NCBI GenBank assembly: GCA_964016885.1
Contig: OZ024758.1
Coordinates: 39,308,001-39,372,000, forward strand
DNA length: 64,000 nucleotides
Reading direction: 5' to 3'
Source: Eledone cirrhosa
Lineage: Eukaryota
Shown: positions 1 to 15,360 of the stretch, one piece after another
Numbering within the stretch: position 1 is the stretch's first letter
How the letters are laid out: each line of letters starts with the position of its first letter
The notes under the pieces: generated by a model
What the model was told of the DNA's origin: nothing
What the model saw: the letters and a program-made list of their open reading frames with translations, nothing else
The model's database searches: none
Made by a program: the position numbers and the translations under genes

Positions 1-3000
1 CATTGGAGTTACTTCTGACAGCTAGTACCATGACTTAAATGAATTCTCACCAACATTGGAGTTACTTCTGACAACTAATACCATGACTTAAATGAATTCT
101 CACCAACAGTGGAGTTAGTTCTGACAAACTAATACCATGAACTTAAATGAATTCTCACCAACAGTGGAGTTACTTCTGACAGCTAGTACCATGAACTTAA
201 ATGAATTCTCACCAACAATGGAGTTACTTCTGACAGCTAGTACCATGAACTTAAATGAATTCTCACCAACATTGGAGTTACTTCTGACAACTAATACCAT
301 GACTTAAATGAATTCTCACTAACAGTGGAGTTACTTCTGACAAACTAATACCATGAACTTAAATGAATTCTCACCAACAGTGGAGTTACTTCTGAAATCT
401 AGTACCATGACTTAAATGAATTCTCACCAACAATGGAGTTACTTCTGACAGCTAATACCATGACTTAAATGAATTCTCACCAACAGTGGAGTTACTTCTG
501 ACAGCTAATACCATGAACTTAAATGAATTCTCACCAACAGTGGAGTTACTTCTGACAGCTAGTACCATGAACTTAAATGAATTCTCACCAACATTAGAGT
601 TACTTCTGACAACTAATACCATGACTTAAATGAATTCTCACCAACAGTGGAGTTACTTCTGACAAACTAATACTATGAACTTAAATGAATTCTCACCAAC
701 AGTGGAGTTACTTCTGACAGCTAGTACCATGAACTTAAATGAATTCTCACCAACAGTGGAGTTACTTCTGACAGCTAATACCATGAACTTAAATGAATTC
801 TCACCAACAGTGGAGTTACTTCTGACAGCTAATACCATGAACTTAAATGAATTCTCACCAACATTGGAGTTACTTCTGACAGCTAATACCATGAACTTAA
901 ATGAATTCTCACCAACAGTGGAGTTACTTCTGACAGGTAGTACCATGAACTTAAATGAATTCTCACCAACAGTGGAGTTCCTTCTGACAGCTAATACCAT
1001 GAACTTAAATGAATTCTCACCAACAGTGGCGTTCCTTCTGACAGCTAATACCATGAACTTAAATGAATTCTCACCAACAGTGGAGTTACTTCTGACAGCT
1101 AGTACCATGACTTAAATGAATTCTCACCAACAGTGGAGTTCCTTCTGACAGCTAATACCATGAACTTAAATGAATTCTCACCAACAGTGGAGTTCCTTCT
1201 GACAGCTAGTACCATGAACTTAAATGAATTCTCACCAACAGTGGAGTTACTTCTGACAGCTAATACCATGAACTTAAATGAATTCTCACCAACAGTGGAG
1301 TTACTTCTGACAGCTAGTACCATGAACTTAAATGAATTCTCACCAACATTGGAGTTACTTCTGACAACTAATACTATGACTTAAATGAATTCTCACCAAC
1401 AGTGGAGTTCCTTCTGACAGCTAATACCATGAACTTAAATGAATTCTCACCAACATTGGAGTTACTTCTGACAGCTAGTACCATGAACTTAAATGAATTC
1501 TCACCAACATTGGAGTTACTTCTGACAGCTAATACCATGAACTTAAATGAATTCTCACCAACAGTGGAGTTACTTCTGACAGGTAGTACCATGAACTTAA
1601 ATGAATTCTCACCAACAGTGGAGTTACTTCTGACAGCTAATACCATGAACTTAAATGAATTCTCACCAACAGTGGAGTTACTTCTGACAGCTAATACCAT
1701 GAACTTAAATGAATTCTCACCAACATTGGAGTTACTTCTGACAGCTAGTACCATGAACTTAAATGAATTCTCACCAACAGTGAAGTTACTTCTGACAGCT
1801 AATACCATGAACTTAAATGATTTCTCACCAACAGTGGAGTTCCTTCTGACAGCTAATACCATGAACTAAAATGAATTCTCACCAACATTGGAGTTACTTC
1901 TGACAGCTAGTACTATGACTTAAATGAATTCTCACCAACATTGGAGTTACTTCTGACAACTAATACCATGACTTAAATGAATTCTCACCAACAGTGGAGT
2001 TACTTCTGACAAACTAATACCATGAACTTAAATGAATTCTCACCAACAGTGGAGTTACTTCTGACAGCTAGTACCATGAACTTAAATGAATTCTCACCAA
2101 CAGTGGAGTTACTTCTGACAGCTAATACCATGAACTTAAATGAATTCTCACCAACAGTGGAGTTCCTTCTGACAGCTAATACCATGAACTTAAATGAATT
2201 CTAACCAACATTGGAGTTACTTCTGACAGCTAGTACCATGACTTAAATGAATTCTCACCAACATTGGAGTTACTTCTGACAACTAATACCATGACTTAAA
2301 TGAATTCTCACCAACAGTGGAGTTAGTTCTGACAAACTAATACCATGAACTTAAATGAATTCTCACCAACAGTGGAGTTACTTCTGACAGCTAGTACCAT
2401 GAACTTAAATGAATTCTCACCAACAATGGAGTTACTTCTGACAGCTAGTACCATGAACTTAAATGAATTCTCACCAACATTGGAGTTACTTCTGACAACT
2501 AATACCATGACTTAAATGAATTCTCACTAACAGTGGAGTTACTTCTGACAAACTAATACCATGAACTTAAATGAATTCTCACCAACAGTGGAGTTACTTC
2601 TGAAATCTAGTACCGTGACTTAAATGAATTCTCACCAACAATGGAGTTACTTCTGACAGCTAATACCATGACTTAAATGAATTCTCACCAACAGTGGAGT
2701 TACTTCTGACAGCTAATACCATGAACTTAAATGAATTCTCACCAACAGTGGAGTTACTTCTGACAGCTAGTACCATGAACTTAAATGAATTCTCACCAAC
2801 ATTAGAGTTACTTCTGACAACTAATACCATGACTTAAATGAATTCTCACCAACAGTGGAGTTACTTCTGACAAACTAATACTATGAACTTAAATGAATTC
2901 TCACCAACAGTGGAGTTACTTCTGACAGCTAGTACCATGAACTTAAATGAATTCTCACCAACAGTGGAGTTACTTCTGACAGCTAATACCATGAACTTAA

Positions 3001-3330
3001 ATGAATTCTCACCAACAGTGGAGTTACTTCTGACAGCTAATACCATGAACTTAAATGAATTCTCACCAACATTGGAGTTACTTCTGACAGCTAATACCAT
3101 GAACTTAAATGAATTCTCACCAACAGTGGAGTTACTTCTGACAGGTAGTACCATGAACTTAAATGAATTCTCACCAACAGTGGAGTTCCTTCTGACAGCT
3201 AATACCATGAACTTAAATGAATTCTCACCAACAGTGGCGTTCCTTCTGACAGCTAATACCATGAACTTAAATGAATTCTCACCAACAGTGGAGTTACTTC
3301 TGACAGCTAGTACCATGACTTAAATGAATT
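1..3330 (+). repeat. Higher-order duplication, offset 2208 bp (about 1-1120 vs 2209-3330)
   Basis: Identical ORFs 115/2323 and 653/2861. Shared rare variants GTTAGTTC, CACTAACA, TGAAATCTAG and ATTAGAG at this offset. Confidence 0.88.
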
Positions 3331-6300
3331 CTCACCAACATTGGAGTTCCTTCTGACAGCTAATACCATGAACTTAAATGAATTCTCACCAACAGTGGAG
3401 TTCCTTCTGACAGCTAATACCATGAACTTAAATGAATTCTCACCAACATTGGAGTTACTTCTGACAACTAATACCATGACTTAAATGAATTCTCACCAAC
3501 AGTGGAGTTACTTCTGACAAACTAATACCATGAACTTAAATGAATTCTCACCAACAGTGGAGTTACTTCTGACAGCTAGTACCATTCTAACTTAAATGAA
3601 TTCTCACCAACAGTGGAGTTACTTCTGACAGCTAATACCATGAACTTAAATGAATTCTCACCAACAGTGGAGTTATTTCTGACAGCTAATACCATGAACT
3701 TAAATGAATTCTCACCAACATTGGAGTTACTTCTGACAGCTAATACAATGACTTAAATGAATTCTCACCAACACTGGAGTTAATTCTGACAGCTAATACC
3801 ATGAACTTAAATGAATTCTCACCAACATTGGAGTTACTTCTGACAGCTAGTACCATGAACTTAAATGAATTCTCACCAACAGTGGAGTTACTTCTGACAG
3901 CTAATACCATGAACTTAAATGAATTCTCACCAACAGTGGAGTTCCTTCTGACAGCTAATACCATGAACTTAAATGAATTCTCACCAACATTGGAGTTACT
4001 TCTGACAGCTAGTACCATGACTTAAATGAATTCTCACCAACATTGGAGTTACTTCTGACAACTAATACCATGACTTAAATGAATTCTCACCAACAGTGGA
4101 GTTACTTCTGACAAACTAATACCATGAACTTAAATGAATTCTCACCAACAGTGGAGTTACTTCTGACAGCTAGTACCATGAACTTAAATGAATTCTCACC
4201 AACAGTGGAGTTCCTTCTGACAGCTAATACCATGAACTTAAATGAATTCTCACCAACAGTGGAGTTACTTCTGACAGCTAATACCATGAACTTAAATGAA
4301 TTCTCACCAACAGTGGAGTTCCTTCTGACAGCTAATACCATGAACTTAAATGAATTCTCACCAACATTGGAGTTACTTCTGACAGCTAGTACCATGACTT
4401 AAATGAACTCTCACCAACATTGGAGTTACTTCTGACAACTAATACCATGACTTAAATGAATTCTCACCAACAGTGGAGTTACTTCTGACAAACTAATACC
4501 ATGAACTTAAATGAATTCTCACCAACAGTGGAGTTACTTCTGACAGCTAGTACCATTCTAACTTAAAGGAATTCTCACCAACAGTGGAGTTACTTCTGAC
4601 AGCTAATACCATGAACTTAAATGAATTCTCACCAACATTGGAGTTACTTCTGACAGCTAGTACCATGACTTAAATGAATTCTCACCAACATTGGAGTTAC
4701 TTCTGACAGCTAATACCATGAACTTAAATGAATTCTCACCAACATTGGAGTTACTTCTGACAGCTAGTACCATGACTTAAATGAATTCTCACCAACATTG
4801 GAGTTACTTCTGACAACTAATACCATGACTTAAATGAATTCTCACCAACATTGGAGTTACTTCTGACAACTAATACCATGACTTAAATGAATTCTCACCA
4901 ACAGTGGAGTTACTTCTGACAAACTAATACCATGAACTTAAATGAATTCTCACCAACAGTGGAGTTACTTCTGACAGCTAATACCATGAACTTAAATGAA
5001 TTCTCACCAACAGTGGAGTTACTTCTGACAGCTAGTACCATGAACTTAAATGAATTCTCACCAACATTGGAGTTACTTCTGACAACTAATACCATGACTT
5101 AAATGAATTCTCACCAACAGTGGAGTTACTTCTGACAAACTAATACCATGAACTTAAATGAATTCTCACCAACAGTGGAGTTACTTCTGACAGCTAGTAC
5201 CATGAACTTAAATGAATTCTCACCAACAGTGGAGTTACTTCTGACAGCTAATAACATGAACTTAAATGAATTCTCACCAACATTGGAGTTACTTCTGACA
5301 GCTAATACCATGAACTTAAATGAATTCTCACCAACAGTGGAGTTACTTCTGACAGCTAGTACCATGAACTTAAATGAATTCTCACCAACAGTGGAGTTAC
5401 TTCTGACAGCTAATACCATGAACTTAAATGAATTCTCACCAACAGTGGAGTTACTTCTGACAGCTAATACCATGAACTTAAATGAATTCTCACCAACATT
5501 GGAGTTACTTCTGACAGCTAGTACCATGAACTTAAATGAATTCTCACCAACAGTGAAGTTTCTTCTGACAGCTAATACCATGAACTTAAATGATTTCTCA
5601 CCAACAGTGGAGTTCCTTCTGACAGCTAATACCATGAACTAAAATGAATTCTCACCAACATTGGAGTTACTTCTGACAGCTAGTACCATGACTTAAATGA
5701 ATTCTCACCAACATTGGAGTTACTTCTGACAACTAATACCATGACTTAAATGAATTCTCACCAACAGTGGAGTTACTTCTGACAAACTAATACCATGAAC
5801 TTAAATGAATTCTCACCAACACTGGAGTTACTTCTGACAGCTAGTACCATGAACTTAAATGAATTCTCACCAACAGTGGAGTTACTTCTGACAGCTAATA
5901 CCATGAACTTAAATGAATTCTCACCAACAGTGGAGTTCCTTCTGACAGCTAATACCATGAACTTAAATGAATTCTAACCAACATTGGAGTTACTTCTGTC
6001 AGCTAGTACCATGACTTAAATGAATTCTCACCAACATTGGAGTTACTTCTGACAACTAATACCATGACTTAAATGAATTCTCACCAACAGTGGAGTTACT
6101 TCTGACAAACTAATACCATGAACTTAAATGAATTCTCACCAACAGTGGAGTTACTTCTGACAGCTAGTACCATGAACTTAAATGAATTCTCACCAACATT
6201 GGAGTTACTTCTGACAACTAATACCATGATTTAAATGAATTCTCACCAACAGTGGAGTTACTTCTGACAGCTAATACCATGAACTTAAATGAATTCTCAC

Positions 6301-9300
6301 CAACAGTGGAGTTCCTTCTGACAGCTAATACCATGAACTTAAATGAATTCTCACCAACATTGGAGTTACTTCTGACAGCTAATACCATGACTTAAATGAA
6401 TTCTCACCAACAGTGGAGTTACTTCTGACAGCTAATACCATGAACTTAAATGAATTCTCACCAACATTGGAGTTACTTCTGACAGCTAGTACCATGAACT
6501 TAAATGAATTCTCACCAACAGTGGAGTTACTTCTGACAGCTAATACCATGAACTTAAATGAATTATCACCAACAGTGGAGTTCCTTCTGACAGCTAATAC
6601 CATGAACTTAAATGAATTCTCACCAACATTGGAGTTACTTCTGACAGCTAGTACCATGACTTAAATGAATTCTCACCAACAGTGGAGTTACTTCTGACAA
6701 ACTAATACCATGAACTTAAATGAATTCTCACCAACAGTGGAGTTACTTCTGACAGCTAGTACCATTCTAACTTAAATGAATTCTCACCAACAGTGGAGTT
6801 ACTTCTGACAGCTAATACCATGAACTTAAATGAATTCTCACGAACAGTGGAGTTATTTCTGACAGCTAATACCATGAACTTAAATGAATTCTCACCAACA
6901 TTGGAGTTACTTCTGACAGCTAATACAATGACTTAAATGAATTCTCACCAACACTGGAGTTAATTCTGACAGCTAATACCATGAACTTAAATGAATTCTC
7001 ACCAACATTGGAGTTACTTCTGACAGCTAGTACCATGAACTTAAATGAATTCTCACCAACAGTGGAGTTACTTCTGACAGCTAATACCATGAACTTAAAT
7101 GAATTCTCACCAACAGTGGAGTTCCTTCTGACAGCTAATACCATGAACTTAAATGAATTCTCACCAACATTGGAGTTACTTCTGACAGCTAGTACCATGA
7201 CTTAAATGAATTCTCACCAACATTGGAGTTACTTCTGACAACTAATACCATGACTTAAATGAATTCTCACCAACAGTGGAGTTACTTCTGACAAACTAAT
7301 ACCATGAACTTAAATGAATTCTCACCAACAGTGGAGTTACTTCTGACAGCTAGTACCATTCTAACTTAAAGGAATTCTCACCAACAGTGGAGTTACTTCT
7401 GACAGCTAATACCATGAACTTAAATGAATTCTCACCAACATTGGAGTTACTTCTGACAGCTAGTACCATGACTTAAATGAATTCTCACCAACATTGGAGT
7501 TACTTCTGACAGCTAATACCATGAACTTAAATGAATTCTCACCAACATTGGAGTTACTTCTGACAGCTAGTACCATGACTTAAATGAATTCTCACCAACA
7601 TTGGAGTTACTTCTGACAACTAATACCATGACTTAAATGAATTCTCACCAACATTGGAGTTACTTCTGACAACTAATACCATGACTTAAATGAATTCTCA
7701 CCAACAGTGGAGTTACTTCTGACAAACTAATACCATGAACTTAAATGAATTCTCACCAACAGTGGAGTTACTTCTGACAGCTAATACCATGAACTTAAAT
7801 GAATTCTCACCAACAGTGGAGTTACTTCTGACAGCTAGTACCATGAACTTAAATGAATTCTCACCAACATTGGAGTTACTTCTGACAACTAATACCATGA
7901 CTTAAATGAATTCTCACCAACAGTGGAGTTACTTCTGACAAACTAATACCATGAACTTAAATGAATTCTCACCAACAGTGGAGTTACTTCTGACAGCTAG
8001 TACCATGAACTTAAACGAATTCTCACCAACAGTGGAGTTACTTCTGACAGCTAATAACATGAACTTAAATGAATTCTCACCAACATTGGAGTTACTTCTG
8101 ACAGCTAATACCATGAACTTAAATGAATTCTCACCAACAGTGGAGTTACTTCTGACAGCTAGTACCATGAACTTAAATGAATTCTCACCAACAGTGGAGT
8201 TACTTCTGACAGCTAATACCATGAACTTAAATGAATTCTCACCAACAGTGGAGTTACTTCTGACAGCTAATACCATGAACTTAAATGAATTCTCACCAAC
8301 ATTGGAGTTACTTCTGACAGCTAGTACCATGAACTTAAATGAATTCTCACCAACAGTGAAGTTTCTTCTGACAGCTAATACCATGAACTTAAATGATTTC
8401 TCACCAACAGTGGAGTTCCTTCTGACAGCTAATACCATGAACTAAAATGAATTCTCACCAACATTGGAGTTACTTCTGACAGCTAGTACCATGACTTAAA
8501 TGAATTCTCACCAACATTGGAGTTACTTCTGACAACTAATACCATGACTTAAATGAATTCTCACCAACAGTGGAGTTACTTCTGACAAACTAATACCATG
8601 AACTTAAATGAATTCTCACCAACACTGGAGTTACTTCTGACAGCTAGTACCATGAACTTAAATGAATTCTCACCAACAGTGGAGTTACTTCTGACAGCTA
8701 ATACCATGAACTTAAATGAATTCTCACCAACAGTGGAGTTCCTTCTGACAGCTAATACCATGAACTTAAATGAATTCTAACCAACATTGGAGTTACTTCT
8801 GTCAGCTAGTACCATGACTTAAATGAATTCTCACCAACATTGGAGTTACTTCTGACAACTAATACCATGACTTAAATGAATTCTCACCAACAGTGGAGTT
8901 ACTTCTGACAAACTAATACCATGAACTTAAATGAATTCTCACCAACAGTGGAGTTACTTCTGACAGCTAGTACCATGAACTTAAATGAATTCTCACCAAC
9001 ATTGGAGTTACTTCTGACAACTAATACCATGATTTAAATGAATTCTCACCAACAGTGGAGTTACTTCTGACAGCTAATACCATGAACTTAAATGAATTCT
9101 CACCAACAGTGGAGTTACTTCTGACAGCTAATACCATGAACTTAAATGAATTCTCACCAACATTGGAGTTACTTCTGACAGCTAATACCATGACTTAAAT
9201 GAATTCTCACCAACAGTGGAGTTACTTCTGACAGCTAATACCATGAACTTAAATGAATTCTCACCAACATTGGAGTTACTTCTGACAGCTAGTACCATGA

Positions 9301-12300
9301 ACTTAAATGAATTCTCACCAACAGTGGAGTTACTTCTGACAGCTAATACCATGAACTTAAATGAATTATCACCAACAGTGGAGTTCCTTCTGACAGCTAA
9401 TACCATGAACTTAAATGAATTCTCACCAACATTGGAGTTACTTCTGACAGCTAGTACCATGACTTAAATGAATTCTCACCAACATTGGAGTTACTTCTGA
9501 CAACTAATACCATGACTTAAATGAATTCTCACCAACAGTGGAGTTACTTCTGACAAACTAATACCATGAACTTAAATGAATTCTCACCAACAGTGGAGTT
9601 ACTTCTGACAGCTAGTACCATGAACTTAAATGAATTCTCACCAACAGTGGAGTTCCTTCTGACAGCTAATACCATGAACTTAAATGAATTCTCACCAACA
9701 GTGGAGTTACTTCTGACAGCTAATACCATGAACTTAAATGAATTCTCACCAACAGTGGAGTTACTTCTGACAGCTAATACCATGAACTTAAATGAATTCT
9801 CACCAACAGTGGCGTTCCTTCTGACAGCTAATACCATGAACTTAAATGAATTCTCACCAACAGTGGAGTTACTTCTGACAGCTAGTACCATGACTTAAAT
9901 GAATTCTCACCAACATTGGAGTTCCTTCTGACAGCTAATACCATGAACTTAAATGAATTCTCACCAACAGTGGAGTTCCTTCTGACAGCTAATACCATGA
10001 ACTTAAATGAATTCTCACCAACATTGGAGTTACTGCTGACAACTAATACCATGACTTAAATGAATTCTCACCAACAGTGGAGTTACTTCTGACAAACTAA
10101 TACCATGAACTTAAATGAATTCTCACCAACAGTGGAGTTACTTCTGACAGCTAGTACCATTCTAACTTAAATGAATTCTCACCAACAGTGGAGTTACTTC
10201 TGACAGCTAATACCATGAACTTAAATGAATTCTCACCAACAGTGGAGTTATTTCTGACAGCTAATACCATGAACTTAAATGAATTCTCACCAACATTGGA
10301 GTTACTTCTGACAGCTAATACAATGACTTAAATGAATTCTCACCAACACTGGAGTTACTTCTGACAGCTAATACCATGAACTTAAATGAATTCTCACCAA
10401 CATTGGAGTTACTTCTGACAGCTAGTACCATGAACTTAAATGAATTCTCACCAACAGTGGAGTTACTTCTGACAGCTAATACCATGAACTTAAATGAATT
10501 CTCACCAACAGTGGAGTTACTTCTGACAGCTAATACCATGAACTTAAATGAATTCTCACCAACAGTGGAGTTCCTTCTGACAGCTAATACCATGAACTTA
10601 AATGAATTCTCACCAACATTGGAGTTACTTCTGACAGCTAGTACCATGACTTAAATGAATTCTCACCAACATTGGAGTTACTTCTGACAACTAATACCAT
10701 GACTTAAATGAATTCTCACCAACAGTGGAGTTACTTCTGACAAACTAATACCATGAACTTAAATGAATTCTCACCAACAGTGGAGTTACTTCTGACAGCT
10801 AGTACCATGAACTTAAATGAATTCTCACCAACAGTGGAGTTCCTTCTGACAGCTAATACCATGAACTTAAATGAATTCTCACCAACAGTGGAGTTACTTC
10901 TGACAGCTAATACCATGAACTTAAATGAATTCTCACCAACAGTGGAGTTCCTTCTGACAGCTAATACCATGAACTTAAATGAATTCTCACCAACATTGGA
11001 GTTACTTCTGACAGCTAGTACCATGAACTTAAATGAATTCTCACCAACATTGGAGTTACTTCTGACAGCTAATACCATGAACTTAAATGAATTCTCACCA
11101 ACAGTGGAGTTACTTCTGACAGGTAGTACCATGAACTTAAATGAATTCTCACCAACAGTGGAGTTACTTCTGACAGCTAATACCATGAACTTAAATGAAT
11201 TCTCACCAACAGTGGAGTTACTTCTGACAGCTAATACCATGAACTTAAATGAATTCTCACCAACATTGGAGTTACTTCTGACAGCTAGTACCATGAACTT
11301 AAATGAATTCTCACCAACAGTGAAGTTACTTCTGACAGCTAATACCATGAACTTAAATGATTTCTCACCAACAGTGGAGTTCCTTCTGACAGCTAATACC
11401 ATGAACTAAAATGAATTCTCACCAACATTGGAGTTACTTCTGACAGCTAGTACTATGACTTAAATGAATTCTCACCAACATTGGAGTTACTTCTGACAAC
11501 TAATACCATGACTTAAATGAATTCTCACCAACAGTGGAGTTACTTCTGACAAACTAATACCATGAACTTAAATGAATTCTCACCAACAGTGGAGTTACTT
11601 CTGACAGCTAGTACCATGAACTTAAATGAATTCTCACCAACAGTGGAGTTACTTCTGACAGCTAATACCATGAACTTAAATGAATTCTCACCAACAGTGG
11701 AGTTCCTTCTGACAGCTAATACCATGAACTTAAATGAATTCTAACCAACATTGGAGTTACTTCTGACAGCTAGTACCATGACTTAAATGAATTCTCACCA
11801 ACATTGGAGTTACTTCTGACAACTAATACCATGACTTAAATGAATTCTCACCAACAGTGGAGTTAGTTCTGACAAACTAATACCATGAACTTAAATGAAT
11901 TCTCACCAACAGTGGAGTTACTTCTGACAGCTAGTACCATGAACTTAAATGAATTCTCACCAACAATGGAGTTACTTCTGACAGCTAGTACCATGAACTT
12001 AAATGAATTCTCACCAACATTGGAGTTACTTCTGACAACTAATACCATGACTTAAATGAATTCTCACTAACAGTGGAGTTACTTCTGACAAACTAATACC
12101 ATGAACTTAAATGAATTCTCACCAACAGTGGAGTTACTTCTGAAATCTAGTACCATGACTTAAATGAATTCTCACCAACAATGGAGTTACTTCTGACAGC
12201 TAATACCATGACTTAAATGAATTCTCACCAACAGTGGAGTTACTTCTGACAGCTAATACCATGAACTTAAATGAATTCTCACCAACAGTGGAGTTACTTC

Positions 12301-15300
12301 TGACAGCTAGTACCATGAACTTAAATGAATTCTCACCAACATTAGAGTTACTTCTGACAACTAATACCATGACTTAAATGAATTCTCACCAACAGTGGAG
12401 TTACTTCTGACAAACTAATACTATGAACTTAAATGAATTCTCACCAACAGTGGAGTTACTTCTGACAGCTAGTACCATGAACTTAAATGAATTCTCACCA
12501 ACAGTGGAGTTACTTCTGACAGCTAATACCATGAACTTAAATGAATTCTCACCAACAGTGGAGTTACTTCTGACAGCTAATACCATGAACTTAAATGAAT
12601 TCTCACCAACATTGGAGTTACTTCTGACAGCTAATACCATGAACTTAAATGAATTCTCACCAACAGTGGAGTTACTTCTGACAGGTAGTACCATGAACTT
12701 AAATGAATTCTCACCAACAGTGGAGTTCCTTCTGACAGCTAATACCATGAACTTAAATGAATTCTCACCAACAGTGGCGTTCCTTCTGACAGCTAATACC
12801 ATGAACTTAAATGAATTCTCACCAACAGTGGAGTTACTTCTGACAGCTAGTACCATGACTTAAATGAATTCTCACCAACATTGGAGTTCCTTCTGACAGC
12901 TAATACCATGAACTTAAATGAATTCTCACCAACAGTGGAGTTCCTTCTGACAGCTAATACCATGAACTTGAATGAATTCTCACCAACATTGGAGTTACTT
13001 CTGACAACTAATACCATGACTTAAATGAATTCTCACCAACAGTGGAGTTACTTCTGACAAACTAATACCATGAACTTAAATGAATTCTCACCAACAGTGG
13101 AGTTACTTCTGACAGCTAGTACCATTCTAACTTAAATGAATTCTCACCAACAGTGGAGTTACTTCTGACAGCTAATACCATGAACTTAAATGAATTCTCA
13201 CCAACAGTGGAGTTATTTCTGACAGCTAATACCATGAACTTAAATGAATTCTCACCAACATTGGAGTTACTTCTGACAGCTAATACAATGACTTAAATGA
13301 ATTCTCACCAACACTGGAGTTAATTCTGACAGCTAATACCATGAACTTAAATGAATTCTCACCAACATTGGAGTTACTTCTGACAGCTAGTACCATGAAC
13401 TTAAATGAATTCTCACCAACAGTGGAGTTACTTCTGACAGCTAATACCATGAACTTAAATGAATTCTCACCAACAGTGGAGTTCCTTCTGACAGCTAATA
13501 CCATGAACTTAAATGAATTCTCACCAACATTGGAGTTACTTCTGACAGCTAGTACCATGACTTAAATGAATTCTCACCAACATTGGAGTTACTTCTGACA
13601 ACTAATACCATGACTTAAATGAATTCTCACCAACAGTGGAGTTACTTCTGACAAACTAATACCATGAACTTAAATGAATTCTCACCAACAGTGGAGTTAC
13701 TTCTGACAGCTAGTACCATGAACTTAAATGAATTCTCACCAACAGTGGAGTTCCTTCTGACAGCTAATACCATGAACTTAAATGAATTCTCACCAACAGT
13801 GGAGTTACTTCTGACAGCTAATACCATGAACTTAAATGAATTCTCACCAACAGTGGAGTTCCTTCTGACAGCTAATACCATGAACTTAAATGAATTCTCA
13901 CCAACATTGGAGTTACTTCTGACAGCTAGTACCATGACTTAAATGAACTCTCACCAACATTGGAGTTACTTCTGACAACTAATACCATGACTTAAATGAA
14001 TTCTCACCAACAGTGGAGTTACTTCTGACAAACTAATACCATGAACTTAAATGAATTCTCACCAACAGTGGAGTTACTTCTGACAGCTAGTACCATTCTA
14101 ACTTAAATGAATTCTCACCAACAGTGGAGTTACTTCTGACAGCTAATACCATGAACTTAAATGAATTCTCACCAACATTGGAGTTACTTCTGACAGCTAG
14201 TACCATGACTTAAATGAATTCTCACCAACATTGGAGTTACTTCTGACAGCTAATACCATGAACTTAAATGAATTCTCACCAACATTGGAGTTACTTCTGA
14301 CAGCTAGTACCATGACTTAAATGAATTCTCACCAACATTGGAGTTACTTCTGACAACTAATACCATGACTTAAATGAATTCTCACCAACATTGGAGTTAC
14401 TTCTGACAACTAATACCATGACTTAAATGAATTCTCACCAACAGTGGAGTTACTTCTGACAAACTAATACCATGAACTTAAATGAATTCTCACCAACAGT
14501 GGAGTTACTTCTGACAGCTAATACCATGAACTTAAATGAATTCTCACCAACAGTGGAGTTACTTCTGACAGCTAGTACCATGAACTTAAATGAATTCTCA
14601 CCAACATTGGAGTTACTTCTGACAACTAATACCATGACTTAAATGAATTCTCACCAACAGTGGAGTTACTTCTGACAAACTAATACCATGAACTTAAATG
14701 AATTCTCACCAACAGTGGAGTTACTTCTGACAGCTAGTACCATGAACTTAAATGAATTCTCACCAACAGTGGAGTTACTTCTGACAGCTAATACCATGAA
14801 CTTAAATGAATTCTCACCAACATTGGAGTTACTTCTGACAGCTAATACCATGAACTTAAATGAATTCTCACCAACAGTGGAGTTACTTCTGACAGCTAGT
14901 ACCATGAACTTAAATGAATTCTCACCAACAGTGGAGTTACTTCTGACAGCTAATACCATGAACTTAAATGAATTCTCACCAACAGTGGAGTTACTTCTGA
15001 CAGCTAATACCATGAACTTAAATGAATTCTCACCAACATTGGAGTTACTTCTGACAGCTAGTACCATGAACTTAAATGAATTCTCACCAACAGTGAAGTT
15101 TCTTCTGACAGCTAATACCATGAACTTAAATGATTTCTCACCAACAGTGGAGTTCCTTCTGACAGCTAATACCATGAACTAAAATGAATTCTCACCAACA
15201 TTGGAGTTACTTCTGACAGCTAGTACCATGACTTAAATGAATTCTCACCAACATTGGAGTTACTTCTGACAACTAATACCATGACTTAAATGAATTCTCA

Positions 15301-15360
15301 CCAACAGTGGAGTTACTTCTGACAAACTAATACCATGAACTTAAATGAATTCTCACCAAC
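1390..15360 (+). repeat. Long-range duplication, offset 9540 bp (about 1390-5820 vs 10930-15360)
   Basis: ORF pairs 2000/11540, 2323/11863, 2861/12401, 3740/13280, 4102/13642, 4910/14450, 5126/14666. Rare GAACTC variant at 4408 and 13948. Confidence 0.92.
3480..9490 (+). repeat. Tandem duplication, offsets 3180 then 2803 bp (second copy lacks about 377 bp = 7 monomers)
   Basis: ORF pairs 3740/6920, then 4910/7713, 5126/7929, 5773/8576, 6379/9182. Private variants at 4568/7371, 5254/8057 and 5999/8802. Confidence 0.9.
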
